Origin: Longimicrobiales bacterium
GTDB lineage: Bacteria > Gemmatimonadota > Gemmatimonadetes > Longimicrobiales > Gaopeijiaceae
Direction: 5' to 3'
NCBI GenBank assembly: GCA_965238005.1
Contig: OZ250165.1
Coordinates: forward strand, 2,752,001 to 2,816,000
Length of the DNA stretch: 64,000 nt
Below the pieces are notes generated by a model. The model was not told where the DNA came from, did no database searches, and saw nothing but the letters and a program-made list of their open reading frames with translations. Below, in pieces: positions 20,960 to 32,282 of the stretch; within the stretch, counting starts at the first letter, position 1, and each line of letters starts with the position of its first letter. The translations under genes and the position numbers were made by a program.

Positions 20960-21222
20960 CATGCCGCCCCCCTGGGTCGCGACAGCAAATCGATCCGGGT
21001 CGCGTGGCGGCGATGCTTGGCCTCACGCCGATGGAGAGCCGGGTCGCGGCGTTGCGGGCCGAAGGCAAGACCGTCGGCGAGATCGCCTCGGCGACGGGCC
21101 GTCGCGTAAACACCATCCGTACGCACGCGCGCCACATCTTCAGGAAGCTCGGAATCACCCGGCAAGTGGACCTTGTGCGGCTCGTGCCGTCGACGGCGGG
21201 CGCGCCCCGCACTCGGCGTTGA
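20960..21222 (+). pseudogene. LuxR-type HTH domain fragment
   Basis: GLTPMESRVA...GKTVGEIA...NTIRTH...IFRKLGITRQ; no clear start. Confidence 0.7.
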
Positions 21223-21459
21223 AAGCGACAGGAGCGCTCTGGCGGCTCGGCGCTCGACTCTCCATAATCAATGAGCTGACGGTGGCCTCGGCGCCCTGGA
21301 TGCGCGCGGATATGTAGAGACCGTGCTGGGCTAGGGTCTAATTCGTTCGAGCCGTGGCGGACAGCATCACGGGGCGCCTGCAAAGCATGATCGGGAGATT
21401 TGCAGCAAATGTCGAAAAAGGACTTGACATCCAACGCCCGTTTTGATACGGCTATTATA

Positions 21460-21592
21460 AGCCGAGCCGAGCCGAGCCGAGCCGAGCCGAGCCGAGCCGA
21501 GCCGAGCCGAGCCGAGCCGAGCCGAGCCGAGCCGAGCCGAGCCGAGCCGAGCCGAGCCGAGCCGAGCCGAGCCGAGCCGAGCCGAGCCGAGC
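21460..21592 (+). repeat. Simple sequence repeat (GCCGA)26
   Basis: 26 perfect pentamers at 21461-21590. Confidence 0.97.
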
Positions 21593-22074
21593 TTATTGCC
21601 TAAGCTCAACCCGACCGCCTGAGCCCTCCGCCGCGCCTGCCGGGGCGCGGCCATCCGGCGCCCCCGGTCCGTCCGACCGAACCCGACACGCCCCTTCCGC
21701 CTCGCGGCCCGCGCGCGCGTTCCTCGCCGTCTGCCTCCTCGCCGCCGCGGCTCTGCTCGGGAGCCCCGGCACCGCGCAAGCGCAGACCGAGCTCAGGAGT
21801 GGGTGGTCCGCCAGGCCGGAGGGCGACCGCGCGACAGAAAGCTCGCAGCAGTACGCGGCACCCCGCCTGCCGTGGGCGGAACTCCCGGCATGGATCCGGG
21901 GAGCCAGAGCGAGGCAAAAGCCCCTCGAGTAACCCAAGCCACCGCCCGCCGCATGGAGAACGCGACACCGAAGCGAAGCGGAGCGCCGCGCCGAGGCAGA
22001 AGAAACCAACCACGAGCGGCGCATCCACTGGCGCCGGCCGTGGAAGCAAGCACAAGTACGACGGAGGAAAGAGC

Positions 22075-25000
22075 ATGGAAACCGGAAAGACCCAACTCCG
22101 CGGGAGAGGCCGCGGGGAACGCACAGCCGACGGCACGAGCGGATCGATCAGGGAGCTGAAATCAACGGCGACACGAGGGGCAGGCTGGAAGCAGAGGCTG
22201 GTCACGACAATCGCGACGATCACCGCGCTGGCCGGAGTGGCCGGACCGGCGGCGGCACAGGTCCTGGTGACCAACCTCGGGGAAACCAGCCTGGGTACGA
22301 CAACAGAATTCAGGCTGAGCGTGAACGACTTCGCTCAGCCGTTCACGACGGGACCGAACGCGACCGGGTACCGGCTCGAAGCAGTTTCCCTGGAGTACAC
22401 GACAGGGAGAGTTCGCAAGTACGACCTGGTGTACGTCAGCGTGTACGGAGACCACCCCACGGAGTTCTACCGGCCGAGCGACACCAATCAGGTGGCGCAC
22501 CTGACAACGCATCTACTGGAACAAGAAGGTCCTGTCGCAGGGGTGAACAAGTACAGGGTGAGAAGCAGACGGTTCGGGGGCACGCCGGTAACGTCAGTGC
22601 ACCTCGAGCCGAACACACAGTATTGGGTGGAGATCTTCGCAGGGGAGGACGCGACGACAGCACAACTCGCAGTCACGGCGTCAGGTGACGAGAGTGGAGC
22701 GACAGGGTGGACGATCGGGAGCTATGTACTCACCAAACCGGAAGGAACCTCGGACACTAACTACAGCGTGCTGACCGAGACTTTGAAGCTGAAGGTCGAG
22801 GGCTACGCCAACCCCGAGGTACTGCTGTCGATCAGCGACGCCACGGCGACCGAGGGCGTCGACGAGACGATGGACTTCGTCGTCTCGCTGAGCAGGAGCT
22901 GGAGCAGGACCATAACCGTCGACTACATCACGCTCTCCACCACCGCATCGGCAACACCCGGGGTGGACTACGAAGACATAAACGGAACCCTGACGTTCCG
23001 GCCCGGCGAGACCAGCAAGATCATCTCGGTCCCGATCATCAACGACACCGTGGAAGACAGCGGCGAGACATTCAACGTATTGCTGTACGACGCGAAGGGC
23101 GCCGATCTCGACGCCGATCTGGGAACAGGACTCGGCACCATCCTCAACACGGAGATCCTGACCGGCAGCTTCGAGAACGTGCCAGCCGAGCACGACGGCA
23201 GCACGCCGTTCACCTTCGACGCCGTCTTCAACAGCGACATCGGAATCAGCTACGCGACGCTGCGCGACCACTCGTTCACGGTGACGAACGGCAAAGTGAC
23301 CGGCGCCCGCCGCAGCAACGGGCGGAACGACAGCTGGGAGATCACCGTCACGCCGTGGGGCAACGACGCCGTCACGGTCACGCTCCCGGGCAACCGCGAT
23401 TGCGGAACGACGGCCGCCATCTGCACCAAGGAGGACCACCCGGTACAGCTGAGCAACAGTCCATCGGCGACGGTCGCCGGGCTCCCGGGTCCCGAGGCCG
23501 CCGCCGACGATGACGCCGCCGACGACACGGACGACGCCGACGACACGGCGCCGGCGCCGCTGACGGCGAGCTTCGAGGACGTGCCGTCGGAGCACGACGG
23601 GTCGACAGTGTTCACCTTCCGGCTGCGTTTCAGCGAGGATCCGGCGGTGAGCTACGAGGTGCTCCGGGATCGCGCGTTCACGGTGTCGGGCGGCACCGTG
23701 AAGAAGGCACGCCGGGTGGACGGCCGCAACGACCTGCGGGAGATCCATGTGCAGCCAGAGACCACCGGCGAGATCCGCATCGACCTGCCGGCGACGACCG
23801 ACTGCGACGCGGTCGACGCGATCTGCACCGAGGACGGCAGGCCCCTGTCGCATTCGCTGTCGGAGACCATTGCCAGTCCGGTGGGGATATCGGTCGCAGA
23901 CGCGCGGGTGGACGAAAACGGCGGGGCGCCGCTGGCCTTCGCGGTCACCTTGAGCCGCGCGGCTGCCGGGCAGGTGACGGTGGACTACCAGACGGTGAAC
24001 GGTACGGCGTCGGCGGGGACGGACTACACGGCCACGAACGGTACGCTGACGTTCGAGGCGGGCGAGTCGTCGCAGACGGTCGAGGTCTCGGTGCTCGACG
24101 ATTCGCACGACGAGGGCGAGGAGACGATGACGCTCCGGCTCTCGAATCCGTCGGAGGGCCGGCTGGCCGACGCGGAAGCGACGGGGACGATCGAGAACAC
24201 CGATCCGCTGCCGCGCGCGCTCCTGGCGCGGTTCGGGCGGGCGACGGCGCTCCACGTGATGGAACAGGTCGAGGAGCGTCTGGAGGCGTCCAGAGCTTCG
24301 GGCTTCCGGGGCCGGTTCGCGGGGCGTGAGCTCAGGCGTGGGATGGAGCGCGATATGGGCCGGAACTTCCTGAGCCGGCTTCAGTCCACGGCGGTTCAGG
24401 GCGCTCGGGATACGATGGGTGTCCAGTCCGATCTGAGCGGCTCCGAGCTACTGCGGACGGGTCTCGGGGGCGGGGACGTGCTGATGGGCTCGGGGTTCGT
24501 GTTGAACCGCGAGACGGGCGGAGGCGCGAGCGTCTCGCTCTGGAGCCGCGGGATGGAGTCGCGGTTCAGCGGCCGGGACGGCGAGCTGTCGCTCGACGGC
24601 GGGGTCCGCACGACGATGTTCGGCGCCGACTACGCGAAGGGGCCGCTGATGGCGGGGCTGATGCTCTCGCACCGGCGGGGCCTGGGCGGCTACCAGGGAG
24701 CCGATATCGGCCAGGTGGCCTCGTCGGTCACGGGGCTCCACCCCTGGGTGGGTTACCAGCTGACTGAGCGGGTCACGCTCTGGGGCGTGACCGGATACGG
24801 GAGGGGCTCGCTGAGCTTGACGCCGGGCGAGGCAGTGTCTCTACCAACGTCTCTCGCGGCTCCCGTTGCTCTCGAGGGCGGGCTCTCGATGTCGATGCTG
24901 GCCGGGGGCGTGAGGGGCGATCTGGTGGACTCCGGTGCGGGCGGGTTCGGGCTCGCGTTCAAGGCGGACGCGCTGTGGGTCGGCACGGGCAGCGAGGCCG

Positions 25001-25677
25001 TGGACGGTCCGGCAGGCCGACTGGCTGGGACCGAAGCGGTGGTGACGCGTGTGCGGACAGCGCTCGAGGCCTCGAGGGGCTACGTCTTCGGACACGGCAT
25101 CGCGCTCCGGCCGAGCTTCGAGGTCGGGCTCAGGCGCGACGGCGGGGACGCCGAGACGGGCGTGGGCGCCGACATCGCCGCGAGCCTGATCGCATCGGAC
25201 CCGCTGACCGGACTGTCGGTCGACGTGCGGGTGCGGACGCTGCTCGTGCATCAGGACGAAGGGTTCAGGGAACGGGGCGTGTCGGTGTCGTTCAGCTACG
25301 ACCCGACGCCACAGACGCCGCTGGGCTTCACGGCGCGGGTCGCGCCCTCGTGGGGCGGTCAGGCGATGAGCGGTGCCGACGCGCTCTGGGGCCGCGATAC
25401 GATGGAGGGGCTCGGCGCGGCAGGCCCGGGATCGGGCGACCGCATCGACGCCGAGCTCGGCTATGCGCTGCCGGTCGGGAGTCGGCTGGTGGGGACCCCG
25501 AGGTTCGGCGTCACGACTTCCGAGTACGGGCGCGGCTACCGGCTGGGCTACAGCCTGGCTGTCGTGCAGGGTGGCGCCATGAGCTTCCAGTTCGGCCTCG
25601 ACGCCCAGCGCCGCGAGAGCCTGGGCCGGGGAGACGCCGACCACAGCCTGGTGGGCCGACTCACAGTGGGCTGGTAG
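22075..25677 (+). CDS. Autotransporter-like surface protein with two Calx-beta domains
   Basis: GGAGG RBS, signal peptide ..AAAQ, two DY..NGTLTF..GE repeats, C-terminal amphipathic beta region ending in W. Confidence 0.85.
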   Translation: METGKTQLRGRGRGERTADGTSGSIRELKSTATRGAGWKQRLVTTIATITALAGVAGPAAAQVLVTNLGETSLGTTTEFRLSVNDFAQPFTTGPNATGYRLEAVSLEYTTGRVRKYDLVYVSVYGDHPTEFYRPSDTNQVAHLTTHLLEQEGPVAGVNKYRVRSRRFGGTPVTSVHLEPNTQYWVEIFAGEDATTAQLAVTASGDESGATGWTIGSYVLTKPEGTSDTNYSVLTETLKLKVEGYANPEVLLSISDATATEGVDETMDFVVSLSRSWSRTITVDYITLSTTASATPGVDYEDINGTLTFRPGETSKIISVPIINDTVEDSGETFNVLLYDAKGADLDADLGTGLGTILNTEILTGSFENVPAEHDGSTPFTFDAVFNSDIGISYATLRDHSFTVTNGKVTGARRSNGRNDSWEITVTPWGNDAVTVTLPGNRDCGTTAAICTKEDHPVQLSNSPSATVAGLPGPEAAADDDAADDTDDADDTAPAPLTASFEDVPSEHDGSTVFTFRLRFSEDPAVSYEVLRDRAFTVSGGTVKKARRVDGRNDLREIHVQPETTGEIRIDLPATTDCDAVDAICTEDGRPLSHSLSETIASPVGISVADARVDENGGAPLAFAVTLSRAAAGQVTVDYQTVNGTASAGTDYTATNGTLTFEAGESSQTVEVSVLDDSHDEGEETMTLRLSNPSEGRLADAEATGTIENTDPLPRALLARFGRATALHVMEQVEERLEASRASGFRGRFAGRELRRGMERDMGRNFLSRLQSTAVQGARDTMGVQSDLSGSELLRTGLGGGDVLMGSGFVLNRETGGGASVSLWSRGMESRFSGRDGELSLDGGVRTTMFGADYAKGPLMAGLMLSHRRGLGGYQGADIGQVASSVTGLHPWVGYQLTERVTLWGVTGYGRGSLSLTPGEAVSLPTSLAAPVALEGGLSMSMLAGGVRGDLVDSGAGGFGLAFKADALWVGTGSEAVDGPAGRLAGTEAVVTRVRTALEASRGYVFGHGIALRPSFEVGLRRDGGDAETGVGADIAASLIASDPLTGLSVDVRVRTLLVHQDEGFRERGVSVSFSYDPTPQTPLGFTARVAPSWGGQAMSGADALWGRDTMEGLGAAGPGSGDRIDAELGYALPVGSRLVGTPRFGVTTSEYGRGYRLGYSLAVVQGGAMSFQFGLDAQRRESLGRGDADHSLVGRLTVGW

Positions 25678-26050
25678 GCGCCAGCGGGCAGGTGGTAGTG
25701 TCCCCGGCGCGCCGGGTGTCCTTGCGAGCGTCGTCCTCCGGGCGATGGCCGTCCCGCATGCGGTGGGCCAGCGCGGCTTTGTCGCGCGGCCGGCCGCAGG
25801 CCCGGTTCGATCCTGCGGTCGACACATCTCATGGCTCCCCTGTGGTGTCAGCTTCTAGTCGCGGCCGCCCGCACTGGCCGCCCTGCCGGCATCGATGTCA
25901 ATGCACCGCACGGTGCAGCCCTTCGCCGCGATCCGTCGGCCGGCCCTCGACTCGCTGGAAGCACCCTCCGAGGCGGCATCCGGTCGCGCTCGGCCACGCG
26001 CCGCAGTGCATGAGCGGGTCCTCACATGCCGGGTCTCGACCCCAACTGCC

Positions 26051-26319
26051 ATGGAGACGCTGACGAGGCACTTCGAATCGCGAGTGGGTGCATCCCTCGA
26101 GCGCACGGGCCTGAAGCCGTCGACGTTCGGCCTGCAGGCGGTGGGCGATCTCAACCCGGTGCGTCAGCTCCGTCCTGGCCGATCCCCGAGACTGGCGATG
26201 GCCTGCCAGGTCCCCGTGTTCATCGAAGCCTGCCGCCGGGCCCATGTGGCCCCTGTTCCCTCCCCCGGGGCAACGCGCCCCGGAATTCTTCACCGAACAG
26301 AACGGAGGCAGACCGATGA
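26051..26319 (+). pseudogene. Degenerate HTH regulator (paralog of N-terminal half of 57909-58400)
   Basis: METL..F..RV...LERTG..P.T.G.QAVGD. Confidence 0.6.
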
Positions 26320-26543
26320 CCAGAGCAATGGAACAGAGCATGGACGCGCCCGCGCGCGTCCTGAGGTTACCTCGAGTGCAGGCCCGCACCGGGCTGGCGC
26401 GGAGCACGATCTACGTGCGGGTGGCCGACGGGAGCTTTCCCCAACCGATCCGGCTAGGCGCGCGCGCCGTCGGCTGGATCGAGTCCGAAGTGGATGCGTG
26501 GATCCGAGAACAGATCGCGGCGAGCCGTGGCCGCGAGGAGTAA
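26316..26543 (+). CDS. alpA: AlpA-family regulator/excisionase
   Basis: LRLPRVQARTGLARSTIY...FPQPIRLGARAVGWIESEVDAW. Confidence 0.92.
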   Translation: MTRAMEQSMDAPARVLRLPRVQARTGLARSTIYVRVADGSFPQPIRLGARAVGWIESEVDAWIREQIAASRGREE

Positions 26544-26859
26544 TCTGAGACGATAATCATCTCACAGTTCACCATAAGAGAGGGCAGGGGCCATCGACAA
26601 ACTGCCCTCCGGCAAGCTTCGCTCCTTCGCCGTTTCGCCTACAGCCTGCGTCGACCAAGTGCCTATGCCGATCAGGGTGACACGGCGCTCAGCGAGGTTG
26701 GTTCGCTATCGTTTTTCCCCTAACTCGCCCTTCTGGGCGGACACTCCGTCGCTTGTAGGCCCCGATTGTACAGAGATGGTAATGACCTGACACTCGGCCC
26801 TCGCCGGAGCTGCGTCTAGGCTGCCTTCTTGTTGGAGTCCTCCTTGCTGGCCTTTGCGG

Positions 26860-27119
26860 GCGACGAGAATACAATCTTCGGATCGCCTCATCGTCATCCG
26901 CGTGGTCTCGCTCAGCCCCGCGCGACGCCCGCGACGCCCAAGGGAGCACCCGTCACGGGTTCCGCGAACGTACCGTAAGCTCCCGTGTAATCGCCCGCCA
27001 ATTATACGGGATCACATACGATAGAAACGAGTCGGACCAGAAACTACTGCATCCATAACTAACTACAGATCATATACTTATGACGACATAGGGACAGGAT
27101 AGGGAGCTGATCAACCGTC
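26860..27119 (+). other. att end of element A (integrase-distal)
   Basis: Reverse-complement homolog of 28552-28810; ends in 16-bp core GAGCTGATCAACCGTC (27104-27119) matching 56663-56678. Confidence 0.8.
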
Positions 27120-28561
27120 CGGGCACGATCTGGGACGGCGCGACGGGGAGCGGCATGAACTGGCGGCTCGCGCTTTCGGAGCTCGAGGCGGAGCGCTCCC
27201 ACCTGCGCCTCGACGGCGAGCCCGTGATCCTGTACTCGCTTCTGTCCCCGCCAGGGCAGGCCTACGCGAACCTGCTCCGGGAGCTCTACTGCCTGGACGC
27301 GGTGATGACGGTCTCGCTCGAGTGGCGGCCCTGGGCGGTGGAAGCGGCGAGGCGCCGGATCCGTGGTGCGCAGCGGCACTACTTCGCGCGCCGCTACTCG
27401 ATGATGGCGCACGTGCAGGAGACGGAGGGCACGGCCGCCGCGATGGTCGACTCGGCCGCGGCCACGGAGTCGGACCGTCTGGGCGAGGCGCTGGTCGAGC
27501 TGGAAGCGGACGGAGTGAGCTACGGCGAGGCCACGCTGACCGTGGCGCTCCACGGCGAGCTTGGGAGCATCGAACGCGTGGACGGCGACCTGCGTCGGCT
27601 GTTCGCCGCCCACGACGCGAAAGTGATCCGGGAGGGCTACGGCCAGCTGCCGGCCTGGTTCTCGCGGCTGCCGGCCCAACCGCGTGGGCGGCAGGTGCGG
27701 AAGGTGTTCGTCTCGGCCGGAGTGGCGGCGTGCCTGGCGCCGCTGTTCGGGCCGCCCAAGGGCCGGGCTAAGAGCAAACACCTTGGCCGCGAGGCGCTCG
27801 CGGTCTTGGAGACCCCGTGGCGCACGGCGTACCACTACGACCTGTTCGCCGGCGACGTGGGCCACACGCTGATGCTCGGCGCGACCGGCTCGGGCAAGAG
27901 CTTCACGCTGAACTTCCTCCTGGTCGAAGCTCTCAGGTACGACCCACGCGTCCTGATCCTGGACCTGGGCGGCTCGTACCGCTGGCTGACCCGGTTCCTC
28001 GGGGGCCGCTACCTGGAGCTGTCGCCCGGCGAGGCGGAGCCCACGCTCCGGCTGCAGCCGTTCGCGCTGCCGGCGGGCACGCGGACGTTCCAGTTCCTGA
28101 CGGGCTGGGTGCTCCGGCTACTGAAGCTCGGCGGTTGGGAGGCGAGCGGGGCGGATACGAGCGAGATCCGGGCCCGGATCGAGGACCTCTACGCGTTCGA
28201 GCCGGAGCGGCGGACGCTGAGCGTCTTGGCAAGCTCGCTTCCGTCCGCGACGTGGCCGGCCTGGAGCCGCTGGACCCAAGGCGGCGCCTGGGGCGCGTAC
28301 TTCGATAACCCGGCCGTCGGAGCGCCGGATCTCGAGTTCGCCGACTGGCAGGTGATCGATCTCGCCGGCGCGGTCGAGCATCCGGATCTCTGCGACGCGG
28401 CGCTCTCCTACCTGCTCGAGCGGATGCGCTTGGAGGTGGAGGACCCGTCCGAGGCGGCGCGGCTGAAGCTGATGGTCGTGGACGAAGCCTGGCGCTACCT
28501 GCAGGACCCGGCCGTACTGAGCTACCTGGCCGAGGCGGCGAAGACGTGGCGTCAGTTATAG
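27104..28561 (+). pseudogene. virB4: VirB4/TrbE middle part
   Basis: GHTLMLGATGSGKS Walker A, VVDEAW Walker B; bounded by att cores. Confidence 0.9.
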
Positions 28562-28922
28562 ACGACGTTCTTACATCGTCGTAACTCTATGACATATAGT
28601 TAGTTATGGGTGTCTTAGTTTCTGGTCCGACTCGTTTATATCGTATGTGATCCCGTATATTATTAGGGGGATTACACGGGACCATGCGGTGCGTTCACGG
28701 ACCCCGTGACGGGTTCTTCCTTGGGCGTCGCGGGCGTCGCGGGGGGGGTTGAGAAAGACCCGGCAGATGACGGCGTGGCGATCCCGAAGATCGAATTTTC
28801 GTCGCCACGTCGCGGGCGTTCGGGTACGTACTGGGCCATCCGCGAGGGCGATTCGCTCACCTCGGCTCACGGCAACGTGCCGACCGCGACGAAGGTGGCC
28901 GCCCGAAGCGCCCGGCGCTCGC

Positions 28923-31328
28923 CTACCGTACGGTGAGGGTGGCTACGGCCGACACCTCGTCTGCGTCCGAACGGGCGACCACGGTGAAGGTGTACGTGCC
29001 CGGCGCGACCGTAGGTTGCTCCGGAGCTGGACCGGTCATGTCTCCGCCGCACCCCGACTGCATGCTCAGGACCACGAAGATCAGTAGCGCGGGGACCCGG
29101 ACCCGTCGTCTGCGGGGCTGGCTCTCCCGGGCGGCGAGCACGAGGCCCAAAGCGGCCATCGCGGCCAGCATGAGCCACACGCTTCCGGCCGGGCCGCGAC
29201 CGCCCGGGGCCTCCGGAGCGAACAACACCTCGGCCAATCGGGAAGCGGTCGTGACCGTGAGGGCAGACGTCACGGGCGCATCGCCCGCGACCAGCGAGGC
29301 CGGTGAGAACGCACACGACGCGTTCGGCGGCAGCTCCTCGCACGCGAGCCGCAGCACCGCGCCCGGCGAGGCCGCGCCCGGCTCCAGGGTGATCGTGTAG
29401 AACGCCGTCTCGCCGACCCGGACAGCGCGATCGCCCGGATCTATGCGCAGGGGTGGAGACGTCGTAGCGCTGACGACCGCCGACCACTCGCCCGTCCCGG
29501 CATCGTTGACGGCCCGCACCCGGTAGTGGCGGGTCGTGCCTCCGTCGAGCCCGGTGTCACCGTACTCGGTCCCCGTGCCGCCGTGGGCCGGGTCCACCCC
29601 CGTCCAGCCCGTCTCGCCGTCAGCCGACCACTCGACTTCGTAGCCGGTCACCTCGCCCTCCGGCGCCGTCCACGACACGTCGATCCTCGAGGCGCCCGAT
29701 GCCGTGGCCGAGACGTTCTCCGGTGCATCCGGCACTGTCGTAGCGCTGACGACCGCCGACCACTCGCCCGTCCCGGCATCGTTGACGGCCCGCACCCGGT
29801 AGTGGCGGGTCGTGCCTCCGTCGAGCCCGGTGTCACCGTACTCGGTCCCCGTGCCGCCGTGGGCCGGGTCCACCCCCGTCCAGCCCGTCTCGCCGTCAGC
29901 CGACCACTCGACTTCGTAGCCGGTCACCTCGCCCTCCGGCGCCGTCCACGACACGTCGATCCTCGAGGCGCCCGATGCCGTGGCCGAGACGTTCTCCGGT
30001 GCATCCGGCACTGTCGTAGCGCTGACGACCGCCGACCACTCGCCCGTCCCGGCATCGTTGACGGCCCGCACCCGGTAGTGGCGGGTCGTGCCTCCGTCGA
30101 GCCCGGTGTCACCGTACTCGGTCCCCGTGCCGCCGTGGGCCGGGTCCACCCCCGTCCAGCCCGTCTCGCCGTCCGCCGACCACTCGACTTCGTAGCCGGT
30201 CACCTCGCCCTCCGGCGCCGTCCACGACACGTCGATCCTCGAGGCGCCCGATGCCGTGGCCGAGACGTTCTCCGGTGCATCCGGCACTGTCGTAGCGCTG
30301 ACGACCGCCGACCACTCGCCCGTCCCGGCATCGTTGACGGCCCGCACCCGGTAGTGGCGGGTCGTGCCTCCGTCGAGCCCGGTGTCGCCGTACTCGGTCC
30401 CCGTGCCGCCGTGGGCCGGGTCCACCCCCGTCCAGCCCGTCTCGCCGTCCGCCGACCACTCGACTTCGTAGCCGGTCACCTCGCCCTCCGGCGCCGTCCA
30501 CGACACGTCGATCCGCGAGGTGCCCGATGCCGTGGCCGAGACGTTCTCCGGTGCATCCGGCACTGTCGTCGCGCTAACGACCGCCGACCACTCGCCCGGC
30601 CCGGCATCGTTGACGGCTCGCACCCGGTAGTGGCGGGTCGTGCCTCCGTCGAGCCCGGTGTCGCCGTACCCGGTCTCCGTCCCGCCGTGGGCCGGGTCCA
30701 CTCCCGTCCAGCCCGTCTCGCCGTCCGGCGACCACTCGACTTCGTAGCCGGTCACGGCACCCTCCGCGCCGCCGTCGCTCGACGGTGCGTCCCAACTCAG
30801 TACAACCTCGCCGTCCCCGGCCACCGCCATCAGGTTCCCGACCGCGCCCGGCACGGACACTACCGGTCCGCCTCCTCCACCACCTCCGCCAGCCGACACA
30901 GTGACCGACACGGCACCTGAGCAGTTGTTCGTCGTGTCGGATTCCCCGGGTACCTCGTCCACGCACGCGCCGTAGTAGTACGTGTCAGCCTTCGATGGCG
31001 CCGTCAGACGAATCGTTGCCGCGTAGCCCTGGTTAACGAGAAGCGCTCGAACCGCGTCCGTCCCTTCCTCCTTGTCGGATGCCGTGATCGTCGCATCCGT
31101 CGAGCGTAGGTACCGTACCGTGGTAGCCGCCGACTGTGACTGCGCATCGCCATCGTTGGTCACCGTCGCAATAAACCAAAACGTCTCGCCCGTCTCCACG
31201 CTGGTTTTGCTCACGTTCGGCCCCGGCACAACCAAATCCGGTGCAGACTGCGCGGCAACGCCCACCGGTAGCGCCAGCAGCATCGCAGCAGTCAGGATTG
31301 TCCGTTTGATGCTTCCTCTCGTCGTCAT
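28923..31328 (-). CDS. Secreted fibronectin type III repeat protein (CARDB-like N-terminus, 5 FN3)
   Basis: Signal peptide, PDLVV, W.AP...Y...YRVRAVN.AG.GEWS repeats, late hydrophobic segments. Confidence 0.9.
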   Translation of the reverse strand: MTTRGSIKRTILTAAMLLALPVGVAAQSAPDLVVPGPNVSKTSVETGETFWFIATVTNDGDAQSQSAATTVRYLRSTDATITASDKEEGTDAVRALLVNQGYAATIRLTAPSKADTYYYGACVDEVPGESDTTNNCSGAVSVTVSAGGGGGGGGPVVSVPGAVGNLMAVAGDGEVVLSWDAPSSDGGAEGAVTGYEVEWSPDGETGWTGVDPAHGGTETGYGDTGLDGGTTRHYRVRAVNDAGPGEWSAVVSATTVPDAPENVSATASGTSRIDVSWTAPEGEVTGYEVEWSADGETGWTGVDPAHGGTGTEYGDTGLDGGTTRHYRVRAVNDAGTGEWSAVVSATTVPDAPENVSATASGASRIDVSWTAPEGEVTGYEVEWSADGETGWTGVDPAHGGTGTEYGDTGLDGGTTRHYRVRAVNDAGTGEWSAVVSATTVPDAPENVSATASGASRIDVSWTAPEGEVTGYEVEWSADGETGWTGVDPAHGGTGTEYGDTGLDGGTTRHYRVRAVNDAGTGEWSAVVSATTVPDAPENVSATASGASRIDVSWTAPEGEVTGYEVEWSADGETGWTGVDPAHGGTGTEYGDTGLDGGTTRHYRVRAVNDAGTGEWSAVVSATTSPPLRIDPGDRAVRVGETAFYTITLEPGAASPGAVLRLACEELPPNASCAFSPASLVAGDAPVTSALTVTTASRLAEVLFAPEAPGGRGPAGSVWLMLAAMAALGLVLAARESQPRRRRVRVPALLIFVVLSMQSGCGGDMTGPAPEQPTVAPGTYTFTVVARSDADEVSAVATLTVR
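29462..30757. repeat. 276-bp near-perfect tandem repeat (~4.7 units)
   Basis: Recurs every 276 bp with very few substitutions. Confidence 0.93.
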
Positions 31329-31785
31329 CGGATGGCCCTCGACGGAACTTTCCGAGTCCAGGTTCTCGTAGTGGGGTCCTCGTTTTCTTGTCTTCTCGAC
31401 CGTCAGCGAGAATGAACTCCCCCTCCTGGTGAGTCAACTGCTACCGAAAGACCGGCCACTCTTGGAGCCGGATGGCTCAGGAGGCTGTGGCGGGCGCGCG
31501 TCACGGGGGGCCTCCGTGTCGAGAGTACTCGGTCGAGCAGGCTAGAGGAACCCCTTCGGCCAAGCCTGCTCGCCGCCGCTGGGAACCCGCTGCAAGGCAC
31601 GGGAGACGGTCGTCGAGGGGGAAGCGTTGCTGGTCCGTTCCCTCCACCGCGTTCGAGCCGAGCCCGCTCTCGTGGTGCTCCGGTGAGCCCACGAGAGCCT
31701 TCACCGGCAGCTCAGAGGGGACGCACCCGCCGGGGGGTGCGTTTCCGACCGCCGTCGCGCCACCTTGGACGGACACCAAGGTGCT

Positions 31786-31815
31786 TAAGCCAGCCCACGC
31801 AATGTCAAACATTGC
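31786..31815 (-). other. ColE1-type oriT-like site followed by decayed mobC-like DNA (~31900-32130)
   Basis: Minus strand GCAATGT/ACATTGC IR + GTGGG + CTGGCTTA; flanks resemble 18200-18403. Confidence 0.7.
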
Positions 31816-32185
31816 GGTCTGGCCAAGGGGACGCTGCGCCCCCCTTGAACCCCCAACTTCCCGGGCTGCTGCCGGGGCAGCGAGCGGTGGGTGCCGCCAT
31901 CGCGAACCGCGTCGCCGGTGCGATCACCGCGCACCGCCTCAGCGTCACCGGCGCAGCTCGCGCCCACGCTCGGCGGAGCACGCCGCCTATCGGCACGAGG
32001 CCGCGGCGGCAGGCGGTGACGCGGTCGCCGACGTGGACCGCGCTGGGTCCTTGAGGCGCGAGCGGAGCCGCCTGGTCAGGCTCCATCGGGCGCGACCGGA
32101 CACGGCTCGCACGCTGGGCGAGCACGCACGCCGCAGCGGAGCGCGGGCGTCCTTCGGGATCGAAGGGGCGGAGCCCCTCGCCAGC

Positions 32186-32217
32186 CCCTTTGTGGGTACA
32201 AAGGGTAGGCTGGCTTA
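32186..32217 (+). other. ColE1-type oriT-like site
   Basis: CCCTTTGT/ACAAAGGG IR + TAGG + CTGGCTTA. Confidence 0.7.
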
Positions 32218-32282
32218 GGACCCTTAAGGGGTCATGAGCCAGCCGTGGATCGGCCTCGGATCGGGCCTCAACGGCTCGCGCC

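Noticed and set aside
21424..21460. TTGACA...TATTAT promoter upstream of the repeat tract
   Set aside because: 23-bp spacing is too long for a sigma70 promoter
21460..21592. Possible CRISPR array
   Set aside because: Pure pentamer tandem, no spacers, no cas genes
28770..28815. Hairpin inside element B containing a copy of its core (CGCCACGTC), suggesting an RNA/DNA guide
   Set aside because: The homologous region of element A (26850-26900) does not match A's core; probably chance in GC-rich DNA
29526..30920. 464-aa plus-strand repetitive ORF
   Set aside because: Antisense shadow of the FN3 gene
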